A program made the translations under genes and the position numbers. From the NCBI GenBank assembly GCA_963787255.1, contig CAWBCJ010000029.1, positions 832,001 through 896,000 on the forward strand: a DNA stretch of 64,000 nt, given 5' to 3'. Positions 45,712 to 57,204 of this stretch are shown one piece after another. The notes under the pieces were generated by a model, which was not told where the DNA came from, did no database searches, and was given only the letters and a program-made list of their open reading frames with translations. Within the stretch, counting starts at the first letter, position 1. The number at the start of each line of letters is the position of its first letter. This DNA comes from Methanobacteriota archaeon. Its GTDB lineage: Archaea; Methanobacteriota; Methanobacteria; Methanobacteriales; Methanobacteriaceae.

Positions 45712-45774
45712 GTTAATTACCCTAAAAAGCTATTTTTGCATTTAAAAATTTAAGAATTAAAAAAATAATAATAA

Positions 45775-46626
45775 TTAATAATGGCTCATTGGAGTCATAT
45801 CAAGGTGCTTATCTTCTTTACCGGGTACTCCGTATGCATCTGCCCTGCATTGTGTACATGCTCTAAATACGGGAATTATTTCTTCAACCTTATCCCTAAC
45901 CTGGCTTATTTGGGCGCATCCTGGTTTTTCAAGGTCTTTGAACTTATTAAGTGGAATAAGTGGAAGTACATTCATAAGAGAAGCGCCTCTTTTTTTAACT
46001 TCTCGGGCTATATCCACAATGTGATCTTCGTTTAACCCAGGAATCAGTACTGAATTGACTTTTACCACAATTCCTTTTTCTGATATTTTTTCAATACCTT
46101 CAAGCTGCTGCTTGGAGAGTAATTCGAACCCTTCTTTACCTTTATAGATTTTCCCGTCGTAGAAGACGCCGGAATATATTTCTTTTCCAATTTCGGGGTC
46201 AATTGCGTTTACGGTTACTGTAATGGTGTTAATCTTTATTTTTGCAAGTAAATCGGCTTTATCTGGTAATAACAGTCCGTTTGTGCTCATACATTTTATT
46301 AGGTCTGGAAATTCCTCATCAACTCTTTTAAAGAACTCGAAGGTTTCATCATTAAAAAGTGCGTCTCCTGGGCCTGCAACACCAACTACAGAAATTGGCA
46401 TTTCTCCTGTAACTTTTTTAACGTGTGCTATTGCATCATCCACTGTCATTACTCTTGAAGTGACTCCTGGTCGGACTTCACACTTGTTTATATCTCTTGT
46501 ACAGAAATTACATTGGATGTTACATTTAGGGGCGATTGGAACGTGGATTCTTCCAACTTTATCGTGCATTTTTTCATTAAAACAAGGATGTACCTTTGTC
46601 ATGTGGGCGAATTTTGACTCATTCAT
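45775..46626 (-). CDS. nifB: Stand-alone archaeal NifB-type radical SAM protein
   Basis: HPC, CNIQCNFC, RPG, AGPGD, STNG and CTQCRADA motifs. Confidence 0.9.
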   Translation of the reverse strand: MNESKFAHMTKVHPCFNEKMHDKVGRIHVPIAPKCNIQCNFCTRDINKCEVRPGVTSRVMTVDDAIAHVKKVTGEMPISVVGVAGPGDALFNDETFEFFKRVDEEFPDLIKCMSTNGLLLPDKADLLAKIKINTITVTVNAIDPEIGKEIYSGVFYDGKIYKGKEGFELLSKQQLEGIEKISEKGIVVKVNSVLIPGLNEDHIVDIAREVKKRGASLMNVLPLIPLNKFKDLEKPGCAQISQVRDKVEEIIPVFRACTQCRADAYGVPGKEDKHLDMTPMSHY

Positions 46627-46666
46627 TTTATTTCCTCCTTAATAAAGATATTAAATGAATTAAGGT

Positions 46667-47218
46667 TTATTTCAGCTCCTCAATCATTTCTTCTTCTTTT
46701 TTAATCCATTCATCTTTAATAATTTCGTCAGAACATACCATTGCAATGATATCTTCCTTAGAATAGTGTCTGATAACCTTAAAACCTTCAGGAATAATCC
46801 GGAATATAGCGTCGTATATCTTCTTTTTTAAGTCTTCTTTGGGATCATGGATGGCCATGCCTTTAAGTTCAGTTTCTGGATCATTAATAATTATTTCAAA
46901 CCTACTTGGCTGCTGTATTTTTTCTCTTCCTTCTGTTTTCCATAGTTTTTGAAGTAATTCTGGAAGATAGGTCTCATCTTTAACTCTTATATATGTTGCA
47001 TTTTCTTCTTTGTTGTATTTGTATTCTGTGAAGTCGTCAATGGTAATGGGTGATGCAGCTTTTTCTAATTTAACTACAATAATAAATACAGGCTCTCTAG
47101 GGTCTACAAAGACCTTCATATCCTTTATTGACCTATAAATCTGCACGTCCTGCAGTATTTGCCTAATGATCATCTCATAAACTTCTGCACCTTGCGGATC
47201 GTAACATTCAACTAACAT
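46667..47218 (-). CDS. Methanogenesis marker protein 17
   Basis: PVFI, DETYLP and PEGF motifs; operon context. Confidence 0.85.
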   Translation of the reverse strand: MLVECYDPQGAEVYEMIIRQILQDVQIYRSIKDMKVFVDPREPVFIIVVKLEKAASPITIDDFTEYKYNKEENATYIRVKDETYLPELLQKLWKTEGREKIQQPSRFEIIINDPETELKGMAIHDPKEDLKKKIYDAIFRIIPEGFKVIRHYSKEDIIAMVCSDEIIKDEWIKKEEEMIEELK

Positions 47219-47232
47219 TTAACTCCTCAAAA

Positions 47233-48462
47233 CTATTTTTTACCAAGACCGGATACTAAAAGCGCAGCGCCAACAGCACCTATGTGTTGAGAATTTTCAG
47301 GTACGATGATTTCAATTCCTCCCAGTACGGTACTTACCGCTTCTACGAGTCCTTCTATGAGCGAAGTTCCACCAACCTGTATTAAAGGTTCTCGAACGTC
47401 AATTTCTTGAAGTTGCTGCTCGTAAACTTGTTCTGCCACAGAATGACATGCGGCAGCGGCCACATCTTCCCTTGTACCTCCAGCAGCAAGTGAAGTAACC
47501 AGATCTTGAATACCGAATACTATACAGTAACTATTCAAAAGAGCTTTTTTGTAATCTCCTTTTAAGGCAAGTCCGCCAAGCTCGCTTATATCAACTCCAA
47601 GTCTTCTTGCGGTTATTTCCAGGAATCTTCCAGATGCTCCTGCACAGATTCCTCCCATGGTGAAGTTGTCAGGGATTCCATTGTTAACTGTTATAACTTT
47701 ATTGTCCATTCCACCTATATCAAGAACTGTGGCTTCTCCTTTTTGCCGACCTGCTAAATATACAGCTCCTTTTGAGTTCACGCTTAATTCTTCTTGGGTT
47801 AAAGCTGCATTAAAGTGTTTTCCTATGGTTATTCTACCATAACCGGTGACTCCCATTCCATCAATGTCGTCTAATTTGTATCCGGTGTCTGCAAAGGCAA
47901 GATCCATTCCTTCCTGGGCAGATCCGATAACGTCGGTTGTTGGAACCCAGCCTGTTCCTAATATTTTATCATTTTCCATTAACACGGCTTTTGTGGTGGT
48001 TGAACCTGAATCTACTCCAAGGGTAAGGCCTTCCTGCTTTTCACGTGCAAGAAGACTCTTTCTATCCACGATGGTGGATAAAGCTTCCATTCTTATGAAT
48101 AGCTCGTCTGCTTTAGTTCTTTCTGTAAATGAATAAGTTACAACAGGTAAATCGGTGTTTTGCTGGATAAAACGCCTGATTTCATTCCTTACAAGTGCTC
48201 CTTCGGCACATCTAAAGCACGATGCAATGAAAACAGCATCAGCATCTGATTTTCCCTCTGCAAGGGACATGGCCCTTGCTATCATCAAACGTATACTTGA
48301 ACTGGCAGCATTAAAACCAAATTTTTTGTATGCTTCGTCAATATAATCCAGATCTGCTTCTGGAATAACTATTTCAGCGCCAAATGTTGAAGCGGCTTTC
48401 TCTATCTCCTTTTGAATACCGCTGTATTCTGTTCCACAGGATAATTGGGCTATTTTAACCAT
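47233..48462 (-). CDS. Methanogenesis marker protein 15 (BadF/BcrAD activase-type ATPase)
   Basis: [35 protein letters not shown] and CAGASG motifs. Confidence 0.9.
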   Translation of the reverse strand: MVKIAQLSCGTEYSGIQKEIEKAASTFGAEIVIPEADLDYIDEAYKKFGFNAASSSIRLMIARAMSLAEGKSDADAVFIASCFRCAEGALVRNEIRRFIQQNTDLPVVTYSFTERTKADELFIRMEALSTIVDRKSLLAREKQEGLTLGVDSGSTTTKAVLMENDKILGTGWVPTTDVIGSAQEGMDLAFADTGYKLDDIDGMGVTGYGRITIGKHFNAALTQEELSVNSKGAVYLAGRQKGEATVLDIGGMDNKVITVNNGIPDNFTMGGICAGASGRFLEITARRLGVDISELGGLALKGDYKKALLNSYCIVFGIQDLVTSLAAGGTREDVAAAACHSVAEQVYEQQLQEIDVREPLIQVGGTSLIEGLVEAVSTVLGGIEIIVPENSQHIGAVGAALLVSGLGKK

Positions 48463-48901
48463 TTTTTTCCTCCAGTTCGTCTAAGAACGTGTTAATGGTG
48501 TTTACCATTTCTATAGCTTCTTCTCTCGATGTTGGGTATTGAAGCTCTAAAATGGGAATGTCTCTCTTCCTCAAATAAAACATGGAAAGTTCATTTGTTC
48601 TGGCACATCCCACGCATCCAAATCCGTAGGGTGCTTCTTCCATTATTATTGCAGCATCTGCTTCATCAATTAAAGGGCCGAATATTGCCATTCTTCCTCT
48701 AACACCTGATGGAACTTCAATTGCAGCATATTTAAGGCCTTTTATTGGTTCTTCTTCAGTAATGTTAAATGGTGGTGAATCAATTTCAGGATCTATAACT
48801 TTTTTTCTTATTTCTTTTTGTATTGCCAGAGCTTCATGCCCTTTTCTTTCAACTAAATCTGCTAATATTAATGAATTTGGAGGAAATATAGCTATTTTCA
48901 A
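48455..48901 (-). CDS. Methanogenesis marker protein 5
   Basis: [23 protein letters not shown] and [11 protein letters not shown] motifs. Confidence 0.88.
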   Translation of the reverse strand: MKIAIFPPNSLILADLVERKGHEALAIQKEIRKKVIDPEIDSPPFNITEEEPIKGLKYAAIEVPSGVRGRMAIFGPLIDEADAAIIMEEAPYGFGCVGCARTNELSMFYLRKRDIPILELQYPTSREEAIEMVNTINTFLDELEEKNG

Positions 48902-49278
48902 TAAAACTCCCCCTTTGGGCTATTTTTAATTTTTGCCGGTCTTCTGGTGATTTCCATAAGATCACTAAATATTCCTTTGGTTATGTCAATAAGTCCTAAT
49001 GCACATATAACTTCTTTATTCTCCTTCAATGGTACAACAATAACTGGAATACCTTTATATGGTCCGTTTCCTGGAATTTCCCTGATCATTTTACCTTCCA
49101 AGAGAACTTTTTCCAGGATTGGACCTGTATAATCATAATCAATAATTTCTCCATCCTCAATTCTAACTCCAGTGGAGTTTTTTGTCCTCATTGTTGTGGG
49201 AAGTTTATTTACTAGCTGGTGAACAGCAAGCGCAAAGGGTGCTAGTTCTTTACCATTCGAGAAAGAAGTTATTTGCAT
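48898..49278 (-). CDS. DUF2111 protein
   Basis: LPTTMR, GVRIE.G, YTGP.LE and GPYKG.PV motifs. Confidence 0.75.
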   Translation of the reverse strand: MQITSFSNGKELAPFALAVHQLVNKLPTTMRTKNSTGVRIEDGEIIDYDYTGPILEKVLLEGKMIREIPGNGPYKGIPVIVVPLKENKEVICALGLIDITKGIFSDLMEITRRPAKIKNSPKGEFY

Positions 49279-49337
49279 TTTATCAATCCTCTCTATTTTT
49301 AATTTTATTAAAGGATAAACATTATTTTAAATAATTA

Positions 49338-49766
49338 TTAACTTTCACATTCTTTTATGAGTTTTTTAAGGGATTCAGGATCAATTTTGCATTTTTTTTC
49401 CACATGCACTTCTCTTGGCTTTGCAAGTGCTTCACTTACACCTTCAAGGAGTTCAAATTCCTTTTCCAGCTGATGAAAACCTTCCCTTGCAGCTCCTCTT
49501 TTGGCCCTGCAGCGTCTTGGATCACCTGGAGGAAATCCTCTATCTTTTGTAAAGATATTATAAGGGTCTAATTTCCTTATTTTTTCTATAGCCTCCATTA
49601 CAACGTCTTCTTCACCGTTAACCATGGCTCCATAGCATGTTGACTTTATTGTAAGTGGAAGTTCCAGCATATGAAGTTTTTGGACAATTTCTGACTGACT
49701 TATTTGGGCAGAAGGTCCTAGAATTATCATTCTAGTTACATTGGAATTTTCAATTTTTGGCGACAT
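49338..49766 (-). CDS. Methanogenesis marker protein 6 (DUF2102)
   Basis: [23 protein letters not shown] and REGFHQLE motifs. Confidence 0.88.
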   Translation of the reverse strand: MSPKIENSNVTRMIILGPSAQISQSEIVQKLHMLELPLTIKSTCYGAMVNGEEDVVMEAIEKIRKLDPYNIFTKDRGFPPGDPRRCRAKRGAAREGFHQLEKEFELLEGVSEALAKPREVHVEKKCKIDPESLKKLIKECES

Positions 49767-51283
49767 ATACCACATCTCCCTCTTTAAATTTTTCAAGATT
49801 CTCCAATCCTTCAACAACTTTCCCTACGATATTGGTACCGTCGAAAGGTTCTCCTGTAGGTCCGAATTCATCATTGTCTTCAAATCTTACTCCTACCATT
49901 CCAACGTGCCTTCTGGACATGTTAGTTATGCCAATTTGACCAGCAGTGACGCATTTTGGGGGGGTGTTTTCAGGAATTAGTCCCTTCGCGTCTTTAGATC
50001 TTCCTTCAAACATCATTACTTTCATTCCAGGAAATGCAAAATGTACTTTAAGCGAGCCTATTGGTGAATCTACAAGCCCTGTAAGTTTTTGGAAATACCA
50101 TGAAGATCTTGGGGCGGTATTGTTAATATCAATATAAATTATTTCATCTTTATTTATTCCCAGAGTTTTAACTTTTCCTTCTTTGATAATGTCCATTGTA
50201 AATTGTGGTTCCTGCCCTACAATTATTGCATCATCCTCTTTTAGACCTTCACGAATGTGTTCTACGCCTTTTGAAGATAAATATTCTTCAGCTTCTTTTT
50301 GGGTCATGGAAAGGGTCATTATTCTTTCAGGTTCGGATTTAAATGTGATATAATCTCCAGGATTGGCTATATCCATAAGTTGCATACCTTTTTCAACGTG
50401 TCCTATCACAGTATGGGATGGGGTTGAAACTCTATCTTCTCTATAGATATAAACACGTCCAACTCCTTTACCGCTATTTCTAAGGGTTAAGGTGCCTCTT
50501 TTACGTTGATCAATAAATTCAGTACTTTTTTGAAGACCTTGAAGTTTGTAAAATCCTACAAAAGTGTTTGAATCGTAGTCTACCTGAATTTTACCAGATT
50601 CGGATAATGCAAAGAAGTGTTCCACAGAATCAGGTGATTTGAATTCTGGTTTAACAAGAACATAGGTGAATATTTCGTTTCCTTCAGTGACTAAAGTGTC
50701 TAAATTAGTTATTGTAGCGCTTTTAACTGTACTACTTCTTTCTATAACTGGTTTAATTTCTTTTATTATATCGTCATCAGTAAGATGATTTAAAGTCCTT
50801 TTTCCACCGATAATCCTGGCAAATATCCCTTTATTCTGCTTCAGGGACTCCGTAAACTGCTTTATGTTTAGATTTACTGAAAATAATGTGAGTAGCGTCT
50901 GCAGTAAACCCGGAAAGACTTATGACAACGTCCCATTTTTTATATTGATTTTCATCCCTTGTTGGGGTAAGTTCAGATTTGATAGGGCCCATTGAGACTT
51001 CATTAGAGGTTGTCCAGCGTATTCTATGGCTTTCAAATTCTTTGTACATGTTTTTCCATGTTTTAACTAAATTTGAAGCTTCTTCTTCCAATAATTCAAT
51101 TATTATGCTTCCTCTGCTGGTTTTAATTTTGTATTTATTAACGTGCTTTTCAATTTCTTCTTTACCTTTAACAACACCAAGCACGCATCCTTCCATATAA
51201 GGTGCTTTTGCAGCTTCAATCGCATCTTTAATGGTAGAACCTTCAGGGAGTTCTATTTTTTCACCGTTAACCCTCACGAACAT
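49750..51283 (-). CDS. Methanogenesis marker protein 3 (cyclophilin-like); frameshift near 50830
   Basis: [20 protein letters not shown] and FGPTGEPF motifs; N-terminal ORF 50831-51283 joins the downstream frame. Confidence 0.88.
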
Positions 51284-51669
51284 GGAATCTCCTCATGGGC
51301 ATTTAATAAATAATTTATTCAAACTAGTTGATTTCTTTATTTAAGTACATCTTATTCTCTACTATTAACGATATTATTTACAAATTAATATTAACTTTTT
51401 ACTATTTTTTAAATGCTCATTCTATTGATAAGCACCTGATTTTATCAGACTTAAAAATTGTATCGTTAAATAATTTAATCTAATATTTTAATTGGGATGG
51501 TTTATAAATTTAAGATAATAATATTATGCGTTATTCCAGTCATGAGCATTTCTAAAATTTTCAATTAGTTTTAATAAAAATTCAAGCTCTTTTACCCGGC
51601 ATTATTACTATAAAAATTTTTTTAAAGTGTTTTAAGTCTACAATTATTATTTAATGATCATAATTATAA

Positions 51670-52659
51670 TTATTTTGAGATTTCTTCTTTAATACCCATT
51701 ATTGCATCAATTTCAAAGTCAAAAAGAACTCCTTTTTGCTCTTTAAGAGTTAAATAGAGCTTTTTTTCTTCTATAATATCCCCACAAACAGAGGATGTTA
51801 TATTTACGTTTTCAAGTAATTCAATACATTTATCAGTTTTATCTTCTGGTGATGTTAAAACAAATCCTGCTCCGGGATACATTTTAAGCCATTGATCCCA
51901 TTCAACATTTTCGTTTCGGGGTATTTTTTCAAGCTCAACTGTTGCACCAACGTTTGATGTTTCAAGCAGCATTCCTAATGTTCCTAAAGTTCCAGGATTG
52001 CTTATGTCCTTACCTGCTGTCACGAGTTTTTCTTTACCTAACGTGTTCATTACCGCGATCTGGGATTGTACGAGTTCTGCACTTTTCATAGTGGTTGTAT
52101 CCCAATTTAAATCAAATTTGGGGTGTATTTCACCATCAATATCGATTGCAACTATAACTTTATCTCCAACAATAGATCCACAGCTTGTAATAATATCATT
52201 TTTGCCCACTAATCCTGTAATGGACACATCTAAAGCATTATATGGAGTATCTGGATGAAAATGCCCCCCTACCATGGGAACTCCGAATTTTTTCACGCCA
52301 TCTTTTATTCCATTCATTATTTCTCGGCGTATTTCATCATCAGGGGTAGATAAAACGTTAGTCATCCCAATGGGTTTACCTCCCATCGCAGCTATGTCAT
52401 TAACGTTTACAAGAACGGAACAATATCCTGCCCAGTATGGATCGGCATCCATTAACTTTCCCCACATTCCATCGGCTGCAAGTAGAACTAATTTTTCGTT
52501 CCCAATGTCAATGGCTGATGCATCATCGCCAAAACTTAAAACGGTTTTTCCGGCTATGTTATAGGTATCCTTTAAGATATCAGTTATGCCTTTTATTGGG
52601 TTTTTTCTTTTAATTCCTTCAAAATTCCTTATAGAATCAATAAGAGAGTTTAAATCCAA
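51670..52659 (-). CDS. Methanogenesis marker protein 2 (AIR synthase/SelD-like)
   Basis: [22 protein letters not shown] and KDISNPG motifs. Confidence 0.88.
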   Translation of the reverse strand: MDLNSLIDSIRNFEGIKRKNPIKGITDILKDTYNIAGKTVLSFGDDASAIDIGNEKLVLLAADGMWGKLMDADPYWAGYCSVLVNVNDIAAMGGKPIGMTNVLSTPDDEIRREIMNGIKDGVKKFGVPMVGGHFHPDTPYNALDVSITGLVGKNDIITSCGSIVGDKVIVAIDIDGEIHPKFDLNWDTTTMKSAELVQSQIAVMNTLGKEKLVTAGKDISNPGTLGTLGMLLETSNVGATVELEKIPRNENVEWDQWLKMYPGAGFVLTSPEDKTDKCIELLENVNITSSVCGDIIEEKKLYLTLKEQKGVLFDFEIDAIMGIKEEISK

Positions 52660-52668
52660 GTGTCCACC

Positions 52669-53766
52669 TCAGTTTTCTTTTATTTTATATTTGCTGGTGG
52701 TATTATTTATTATTTGTAGTATTTCATTTTTAAAACTTTCGATATTTTCTATTTCAATTATTTCATTCCCCTTAAAAAGTTTATTGTAGATTATTTCGCC
52801 GATAATATCGTCAAGACCGGCTTCAAGCTCTATTATAAGAGATTCACTTGATTTAAATCCATTTTCAACAACCTTATCAATATCACCATCAGTAATTCCA
52901 ATAATTGGAACACCGAATCTGTAGAGAATATCACCTGCAACGAGAGTTGTATCATCTCCAACTGTTACCACATAGTCAACATTTTTTAATTTGTAAACAT
53001 CTTCTGCTGCATGATTTATGAAGGCAACGCAAAATTTGTTGCTGTATTTACAAGGTTTAACAACTCTGGGAACTACTTCTGATCTTCTAAGGAGTCCAGT
53101 TTTAATTATGGCGGATTCTAAATCCACGTTTCCCAGTTTTTCAACCCCGTGTTCTTTAAGTTCTCCTCCGGTTATTTTAGTTATAATACCATTTTCAGCT
53201 ATCAAAGCGACATCTTGTGAATTTGATTTTCCCACAACAAGTCCATTAACGAATATGTTTTCTCCTTTACAAACTCCAGCAACTTTTCTCATGGTTTTAG
53301 AAACGTGATTAGGGTCTATTTTTGATTTGATTTCTTCAGGTTTTACCAGTTTCAACCCCATTCGCCTTGCGATAACTTCTGCAAATTCATTTAATGAATT
53401 CTGCCAGGGAATGACGCTTCCGTTTATTTCTCCAGGCCTTTCAATTTGTATAAGTGGAGGGTTGGTTTTAGATCTTCTAAATACCTTAAATCCAAAGGTA
53501 TGGCCGGTGATACTCGATTTTCCATAATTAATCAAAAAAATAACATCAAATTCTTCTTCTGCAAATTTGTCAATGGATTGACTGGGAAGCAGTTTCTGGC
53601 TTATGTCAATTAAATTTTCAAGCCCTGCATCATGCACGGCGGTTCTGCCCATTGTTCCGCCAAGACGTGCTTTTACTTCCCCATAATCTTCAAGTAACTT
53701 CAAAATTTCCTCTGCATGGCCCGAATCAACTATATAAGGGCCATGTACTACTACACCTATTTTCAT
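52669..53766 (-). CDS. DUF2117 protein
   Basis: [27 protein letters not shown] and GITDGD motifs. Confidence 0.8.
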   Translation of the reverse strand: MKIGVVVHGPYIVDSGHAEEILKLLEDYGEVKARLGGTMGRTAVHDAGLENLIDISQKLLPSQSIDKFAEEEFDVIFLINYGKSSITGHTFGFKVFRRSKTNPPLIQIERPGEINGSVIPWQNSLNEFAEVIARRMGLKLVKPEEIKSKIDPNHVSKTMRKVAGVCKGENIFVNGLVVGKSNSQDVALIAENGIITKITGGELKEHGVEKLGNVDLESAIIKTGLLRRSEVVPRVVKPCKYSNKFCVAFINHAAEDVYKLKNVDYVVTVGDDTTLVAGDILYRFGVPIIGITDGDIDKVVENGFKSSESLIIELEAGLDDIIGEIIYNKLFKGNEIIEIENIESFKNEILQIINNTTSKYKIKEN

Positions 53767-53849
53767 TATTGAATGTAGGAGTGAATTATCTATTAAAATT
53801 ATCGTTATTAAGTTGAAAAATTAGCAGTTTTTAATTAGTTGTAAATAAC

Positions 53850-54359
53850 TTATTTTTTAACTTTAATTCTCTTTTTAAAAACAAGGGAACCACAAATCTC
53901 ACAATCTTCAAAGCCATAATTAGAAGGATATTTTTTTTTACATCCCTTGCAGATTTTAACCCAGTTATATATTTCTTTAATTCCTTCAGTTAAAACACTT
54001 CTATAATGCATTTTAATGGTTTTTAATGCATTTTGCATGGAATAATCATCAGTTACTACAATGGGAATGCACTCTTTTCTTTTAAGTTTCAATGCAAGGG
54101 CTATGATATTTCGATCAACCTTAGAAAGTCTTAAAATATCTCCTGACGATTCAATGACTTCATTAGTTTTTTCTATATCTTCTTCTTCTGGTTCTTCTAC
54201 TTTTATATGTCCATCTTCTATGGCTGATTGAAGTAATAATGAAGATTTTAAGTCTTTTATCTCTAAAATAACCTCGCCAGTTATAAAATTTGCACTGCTC
54301 TTTGAATAGAAGCCGCCTATAATTGCGGAAGCATCCAGAACATAAATCTTTTTTTGCAT
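53850..54359 (-). CDS. nob1: Nob1-like PIN-domain ribonuclease with zinc ribbon
   Basis: VLDASA, LS..D, TDDYSMQN, CKGC...CEICGS. Confidence 0.85.
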   Translation of the reverse strand: MQKKIYVLDASAIIGGFYSKSSANFITGEVILEIKDLKSSLLLQSAIEDGHIKVEEPEEEDIEKTNEVIESSGDILRLSKVDRNIIALALKLKRKECIPIVVTDDYSMQNALKTIKMHYRSVLTEGIKEIYNWVKICKGCKKKYPSNYGFEDCEICGSLVFKKRIKVKK

Positions 54360-54557
54360 GATATTATTTCCTTGTTTTTAAAAATAATAGATATTTCCTA
54401 TTTTTAGGTTTATCAAGGTAAAAAGAAGGGTTTTTAATATGACAATATATTACATTGCATAAAGTTTTTATTATATGAAATACAAAATTAAATATCAAGG
54501 GAGTGTGCAATTAGATTTCTTAATTTTTTTCCGCAAAAAAAATCAAACCGCCTCTGA

Positions 54558-54641
54558 TTTGGATCTAATGCCCTCCCCATATTTCCAAATTCTTCTTATT
54601 TATTTTACCGCAATTTAAAGCATTGTTTGGATCTAATGCCC
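54558..54641. repeat. 16-bp direct repeat TTTGGATCTAATGCCC (two copies) inside a structured intergenic element
   Basis: Exact copies at 54558-54573 and 54626-54641; imperfect inverted partner at 54499-54518. Confidence 0.9.
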
Positions 54642-54951
54642 ATTGATTATGGTTTGTTAAGATCATATATAAATCTTTTGTTTTTTAAATACCTTTAAAT
54701 TATCTTTAAAGATTATTTTAAGCTAATTAATTATTTTAACAGTGTAATTATTTATTATTTGCGGATTTGAACTTTAATTGAAGGCTTATTACTCTATTTT
54801 GCACAAGATTTCCTTCTTGATACTATAAAATATAAAAGAAATGAAAAATATAGTATTCTATGCATATTAGTTAATAATTAAAATCTTAAATTGGATATTA
54901 TGGTTTTAATACCTTTTTAATGAGAAATATCCATTATTTAACGGTGATTTT

Positions 54952-55476
54952 ATGAAAAGCGAAAGTATGAAGGAGCATAAAAAAAGAGCGCCTAAATCTG
55001 TTAATGGAGCGGTAATTACGCTAAGCGACTCTAAATACACGGATTTTTTAAAAAATGTAAATAGTGATGTATCTGGAAAATTGATTAAAGACGCTTTAAC
55101 GGAAAAAAATAACCTTATTTTTTATTCTGTTATACCAGACGATGCAGGTCTCCTTCTTTCAACAATTAACCATATTATAGAAACTCATGATGTTGATGTA
55201 ATTATTACCACTGGCGGAACAGGGATTGGGTCTAGAGATATAACCATAGAAACTTTGAAAGTTGTTTTTGAAAAGGAATTAAATGGTTTCGGTGAAATAT
55301 TTAGATATGAATCATATAAGGAGCTTGGAACTGGGGCTATTTTAAGTAGAGCTACAGCAGGTGTTTATAAAGGTAAATTAATCGTTTCAATGCCGGGTTC
55401 TCCTAATGCTGTTAGTTTGGGCCTAAAGATTATTTTACCCGAGCTTGGACATTTAGTAACACATTTAAAAGAGTAA
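54952..55476 (+). CDS. moaB: Molybdenum cofactor biosynthesis protein B (MogA/MoaB family)
   Basis: ITLSD, TTGGTG...RD.T.E, LSRA and MPGSP motifs. Confidence 0.92.
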   Translation: MKSESMKEHKKRAPKSVNGAVITLSDSKYTDFLKNVNSDVSGKLIKDALTEKNNLIFYSVIPDDAGLLLSTINHIIETHDVDVIITTGGTGIGSRDITIETLKVVFEKELNGFGEIFRYESYKELGTGAILSRATAGVYKGKLIVSMPGSPNAVSLGLKIILPELGHLVTHLKE

Positions 55477-55844
55477 CATCTTTAATAGACATTTATAAGT
55501 TTATTATTTCTCTTCTTTAAGTTTAAGGGGAAGCATAAAGTTTTTTTCTATTTTTAATGTGATTATCATCACTTAATTTTTTTTAAAACCTGTTATATTA
55601 GTTATTATTTTCACATAAGCCTTTAATTACCAGTACTGAATGCATTAATGGGAGGATCAATAGTTTTATTAAGAAAAAGGCCGCACTTGAGCATAAAGTT
55701 TCAATTAAACAGGTACTGCTCATTAAAATGGATGAAAAAGCTGATAATTCGCAATTAAAAGCAAAAATTAAAAAAGAACAGCCAAAAAAGGCAGAAAACA
55801 AATAATGGACAGAATAAATAATCCTTTATTTTTTAAATTTTTTT

Positions 55845-56375
55845 TTATTTATTAAAATCATTTATTGAAAGAAGCGGTTCTAAAAGGATTCCCTCATTTT
55901 TAAGATTTTCTATGGCTCCTTCATCACGATCAACAACCACTACGGCTCTTTTCACATTCCCTCCATTTTCTTTAATGGCTCTAATTGTCTTTAAAAGTGA
56001 ATTACCGGTAGTAGTAACGTCTTCTACAACAACTATAGAATCTCCTTCTTGTAAGGTTCCTTCAATGAGTTGGGAAGTACCATAACCTTTTTTTGCCTTT
56101 CTTATCATGAGCATTGGGATTTCTGATTCAAGAGAAATGGCAGTGGCGATAGGAACAGCTCCAAGTGCAGGTCCTGCTATTTTATCTATTCTTTCTTCAC
56201 GTATCTGGCTTGAAACAATTTTAGCTATTGTTTTTAGTATTTTAGGGTCTGTAATAGCCATTTTCATGTTAACATAGTAATCGCTTTCTTTCCCTGATGA
56301 GAGTATAAATTTGCCAAATTTTACGACTTCTTTGTTTATAAGAAGTTCTATGAGTTCTTTTTTCTCGTTATTCAT
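55845..56375 (-). CDS. pyrE: Orotate phosphoribosyltransferase
   Basis: [15 protein letters not shown] and VVEDVTTTG motifs. Confidence 0.95.
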   Translation of the reverse strand: MNNEKKELIELLINKEVVKFGKFILSSGKESDYYVNMKMAITDPKILKTIAKIVSSQIREERIDKIAGPALGAVPIATAISLESEIPMLMIRKAKKGYGTSQLIEGTLQEGDSIVVVEDVTTTGNSLLKTIRAIKENGGNVKRAVVVVDRDEGAIENLKNEGILLEPLLSINDFNK

Positions 56376-56423
56376 CTTGCATCACTATAATAGAATAGTT
56401 TTTTTCTGGATAAATTATGTTAT

Positions 56424-56573
56424 CTACATAATTTTCCTTGGATTTCTTTTACATGGTCTGCAGATGCCCTTTGAAATATCGTAACATTCCATACAAACTA
56501 TATTCCCACATAGAGAACATGTATACATTTTTCCAGGTTTCCCGCAAATGTTGCATATTCCTGTAACTTCCAA
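56424..56573 (-). CDS. 49-aa zinc-finger microprotein with four CxxC motifs (missing from ORF track)
   Basis: TTG start after GTGGTG; MEVTGICNICGKPGKMYTCSLCGNIVCMECYDISKGICRPCKRNPRKIM*. Confidence 0.85.
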   Translation of the reverse strand: MEVTGICNICGKPGKMYTCSLCGNIVCMECYDISKGICRPCKRNPRKIM

Positions 56574-56625
56574 ATAAACACCACACTTTTATTTGGATTT
56601 TAAAATAAAAAATAAGTTGGGCTTA

Positions 56626-56892
56626 TTAAATCCCTAATTCTTGTGTTTCTAATCCTGGCTCGTCTATATTCTCTTTAAGGATTATTTTATCCCCAATTTG
56701 CTTAACCATGTCATATGGAATGACATTTTCCTCTTTGGATAAACCTATACTTTCAGATAATCCGCCTTTCCCTATTACAATTGCTTCAATTCTTTTGGTG
56801 CCTAGATTTACTTCAAGGTCTTTTACTTTACCTATTACAGTTGCAGAACTGTCTAAAACTTCTTTTCCAATAATTTGTTCGGCTACTCTCAT
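56626..56892 (-). CDS. PRC-barrel domain protein
   Basis: IIGKEV.D.....IGKV.D and IPY..V..IGD.IIL pattern; GGTGAT SD. Confidence 0.88.
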   Translation of the reverse strand: MRVAEQIIGKEVLDSSATVIGKVKDLEVNLGTKRIEAIVIGKGGLSESIGLSKEENVIPYDMVKQIGDKIILKENIDEPGLETQELGI

Positions 56893-57131
56893 TATATCAC
56901 CATTTTTTTTACCCATGAATACAAATTTTTCAAAGTATGTTCTTTTCCATTTATGGTTATCAATAATTAAGTTTTACATGATACTTATACTTTCAGAATT
57001 TATTTTTAAATAGAATAATAGGAAAAAAATGATTTAAATTGTTTCATTTTTGTTTTATAACTTTAAATAGGCATTTAATTAACTTCTTATATTTAATCTT
57101 GCTTTTTGATAATTTATTTTCTATTAATGAC

Positions 57132-57195
57132 CGAAAAGTATAAATACCAAAAATATAACATATAACATAAAGCATAAAACATATAAAATAAAGGT
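57132..57195 (+). promoter_or_regulatory. BRE/TATA followed by five tandem heptads; candidate RHH operator
   Basis: CGAAAAGTATAAATA at 57132-57146; TATAACA TATAACA TAAAGCA TAAAACA TATAAAA at 57154-57188. Confidence 0.6.
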
Positions 57196-57204
57196 GAGGA
57201 TTAA

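Noticed and set aside
45775-46626. Nitrogen-fixation cluster
   Set aside because: No nifH/D/K/E/N in the window; context is the methanogenesis-marker operon
54558-54641. Possible mini-CRISPR array
   Set aside because: Only two 16-bp repeats 52 nt apart, too short for CRISPR repeats, and no cas genes in the window
54755-54775. GCGGATTTGAAC resembling a tRNA T-arm or att remnant
   Set aside because: Only about 10 nt match tRNA-Ser, with no acceptor-stem continuation; expected by chance
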